Assembly: GCF_013365495.1 (NCBI RefSeq)
Contig: NZ_CP046580.1
Span: 780,001-812,000 of the forward strand
Origin: Candidatus Saccharimonadota bacterium
GTDB lineage: Bacteria > Pseudomonadota > Alphaproteobacteria > Rickettsiales > Anaplasmataceae
DNA: 32,000 nt
Direction of reading: 5' to 3'
Shown in pieces: positions 29,804 through 32,000 of this stretch (its first letter is position 1; each line of letters begins with the position of its first letter). The notes below the pieces were generated by a model. The model worked only from the letters and a program-made list of their open reading frames with translations. It was not told where the DNA came from and did no database searches. Position numbers and translations under genes: made by a program.

Positions 29804-32000
29804 TTAACAAATTAAGCTAATACCAATTATTAAATTTCGATATTTTTTAAAATAAAAATTAACTCCGATTTCTATACTAATTTCCAAAGATGAAGCAAGA
29901 GTTTGCTCTTTGATATACTCACTCCATATATTTACTGCTTTTTTAATTTCTTCATTCTCTGTTTTCATTATCACTCTAATCCTATCAGATATATGAAAAT
30001 TAGCCTGTCTTCTAGTTTCCTGAACAAGCCTTACAATATCCCTCGCAACTCCTTCTAAAACTAATGCATTATTTAGCTCAGTATTTAAAACAACAACTCC
30101 CTTACCATCATCAAATACAGCGGAATATTCACTATCTATCTTTAGCAATAGCTCATATTCACCCCTTTCTATAACATAGCTTTCTGACTCATCCCCTAAA
30201 AATATTTGCTCATCTTCAATTTGCCTCCATTTTTTCTCTTTAACATACTGAATCAGCTTCTTTATTTTACTTGGAATTTTCTTTCCAAGCAGTGAAAAAT
30301 TTAATTTTAACTCTAATGATGCAACATCCTCAAGTCTATTTACCAATTTCAAGCTTTTGATATTCACTTCATCCTTTATCATCTCCTGATAGCCATCTTC
30401 AAGAAAACCACAAAAAAATTTATGATAAATGATCATACTGCTAAGTGGCTGCCTAATACGTATATTAAAAGTATTTCTAATAGAAAAAGCAGCATTACAT
30501 AACTCTCTCACTAAATCCATTTTAGCGATAAGTTTATTATCGTAACTCTCTAACCGTGGAAAACTAGCCAAATGAACAGATATTTCTTCATACTTAAGCC
30601 CTTGCCATATAGTCTCCGTTATAAGCGGCAATAAAGGAGCTGCAGCTTTTAATATATAATAAAAGATCGTATACAGAACATTATAAGCATCAAGTTTATC
30701 CTGATCTAAAGTACTTTTCCAAAAACGTTTACGACTGCGACGAATATACCAATTATTTAATACTTCAAAAAAATCCATCAGAACTTTACAAGCTCCTTGA
30801 GAATTATAATTGTTCATAAAAGTTTGTATACTTTCTACAGTCTTGAAACATTTAGAGATTATGTAACAATCAATAATACTTTGATAATCTTTGCAAATCT
30901 CAGCCTTAATTTCATCTACATTTGCATACATAGTAAAAAAATGATAACTACTCCAAATAGGTTTTACCACGTTCCTTAAAATATCTCGTATTACATTCCC
31001 TTTTTTATCAAACAATAAATTACCACCACAAACAGTAGAGCTAGACAACATAAGAAAACGTAGTGCGTCAGAACCATACTTATCAAAAACCTCCATAGGA
31101 TCCATATAATTATTTAAACGCTTAGATAACTTACGCCCTTTAATATCAAGAATTACACCGTGACATATACAGTTCCTAAATGGTTCACTATCAAATAAAG
31201 CAGTAGATAACACAAAAAGTGTATAAAACCACCCTCTTGTTTGTGCTATATATTCGGTAATAAAATCCGCAGGAAAATTACATTCAAACCACCTCTTATT
31301 TTCAAATGGATAGTGTACTTGTGCAAACGGCACCGAACCAGACTCAAACCAGCAGTCAAACACATCAGATACACGGCGCATAACTGATTTCTCTGTTGGA
31401 TCATCAGGATTTGGTCTTGTCAAAGAATCAATAAATGGTCTATGCAAATCATCTACTTTCACATTAAAATCCCGCTCTAGTTCCTCTATTGAACCATATA
31501 CATCCACTCTTGGATACCTTGCATCATCAGATTTCCATATAGGAATTGGTGTACCCCAAAATCGATTGCGCGAAATTGACCAATCATGTGCCCCTTCAAG
31601 CCACTTCCCAAATCGACCATCTCTTATATGATTTGGTATCCAATTAATTCTTTTATTTAACTCCACCATCCTTTTTTTTAATTTTGTCACAGCAACATAC
31701 CAGGAAGACATAGTGCGATAGATCAAAGGAGTATCAGTTCTCCAACAGTGGGGATAGCTATGAGTATATTCCTCAGTTCTAAACCAGTTCCCTTGTTCTT
31801 TCAACTTCCTTATTACTACATCACTAGCATCAAAAACATGAACTCCAGCTAAATCTGAAACTTCAATAGTAAATTTACCACTACTATCAATTGGACAAAT
31901 GGCTGGAATATTATTATCTTGACAAAGATAAAAATCTTCTTCACCAAATCCAGGAGCAACATGCACAACACCAGTACCATCTTCTGCTACAACATAATTA
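29804..32000 (-). CDS. ileS: isoleucyl-tRNA synthetase, type 2 (eukaryote-like), 5' end outside the window
   Basis: The reading frame stays open to the window edge (NYVVAEDGTGVVHVAPGFGEEDF). KMSKS variant GRKLSKRLNNY. About 720 aa lie after the HxAPGFG block, which fits long type-2 enzymes. Confidence 0.95.
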   Translation of the reverse strand, partial: NYVVAEDGTGVVHVAPGFGEEDFYLCQDNNIPAICPIDSSGKFTIEVSDLAGVHVFDASDVVIRKLKEQGNWFRTEEYTHSYPHCWRTDTPLIYRTMSSWYVAVTKLKKRMVELNKRINWIPNHIRDGRFGKWLEGAHDWSISRNRFWGTPIPIWKSDDARYPRVDVYGSIEELERDFNVKVDDLHRPFIDSLTRPNPDDPTEKSVMRRVSDVFDCWFESGSVPFAQVHYPFENKRWFECNFPADFITEYIAQTRGWFYTLFVLSTALFDSEPFRNCICHGVILDIKGRKLSKRLNNYMDPMEVFDKYGSDALRFLMLSSSTVCGGNLLFDKKGNVIRDILRNVVKPIWSSYHFFTMYANVDEIKAEICKDYQSIIDCYIISKCFKTVESIQTFMNNYNSQGACKVLMDFFEVLNNWYIRRSRKRFWKSTLDQDKLDAYNVLYTIFYYILKAAAPLLPLITETIWQGLKYEEISVHLASFPRLESYDNKLIAKMDLVRELCNAAFSIRNTFNIRIRQPLSSMIIYHKFFCGFLEDGYQEMIKDEVNIKSLKLVNRLEDVASLELKLNFSLLGKKIPSKIKKLIQYVKEKKWRQIEDEQIFLGDESESYVIERGEYELLLKIDSEYSAVFDDGKGVVVLNTELNNALVLEGVARDIVRLVQETRRQANFHISDRIRVIMKTENEEIKKAVNIWSEYIKEQTLASSLEISIEIGVNFYFKKYRNLIIGISLIC

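Overview
Very AT-rich chromosomal segment that looks like an Anaplasmataceae genome, Ehrlichia-like. That guess rests on gene content (CtrA, ALA synthase HemA, type-2 IleRS, orphan membrane proteins) and on unusually long ORF-free spacers. I cannot confirm the organism without a search. About 20 conserved housekeeping genes are supported: htpG, hemA, a suhB-like gene, efp, rimM, bcp, RNase P RNA, ctrA, gpsA, pgpA, a GNAT gene, sdhB, ybeY, dut, an argB-like gene, engB, prfA and ileS (partial). There are also three lineage-specific membrane proteins. I saw no tRNA, rRNA, CRISPR array, transposase, integrase or phage gene. Roughly 9 kb of the 32 kb has no credible ORF, in spacers of 0.45 to 3.6 kb. 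The strongest observation is alaS. It stops after the aminoacylation core (429 aa), and the following 1 kb still carries frame-shifted, stop-riddled traces of the next AlaRS segments. This suggests either a natural AlaRS without its editing domain or a dead gene copy. A membrane-anchored triple-PAS sensor ends exactly where a histidine-kinase transmitter should begin, 3 nt from convergent sdhB. The SuhB-like and ArgB-like proteins have eroded catalytic motifs. Two small proteins carry Inc-like bilobed hydrophobic domains. Promoter and operator candidates are low-confidence. I found no clearly novel multi-gene system.
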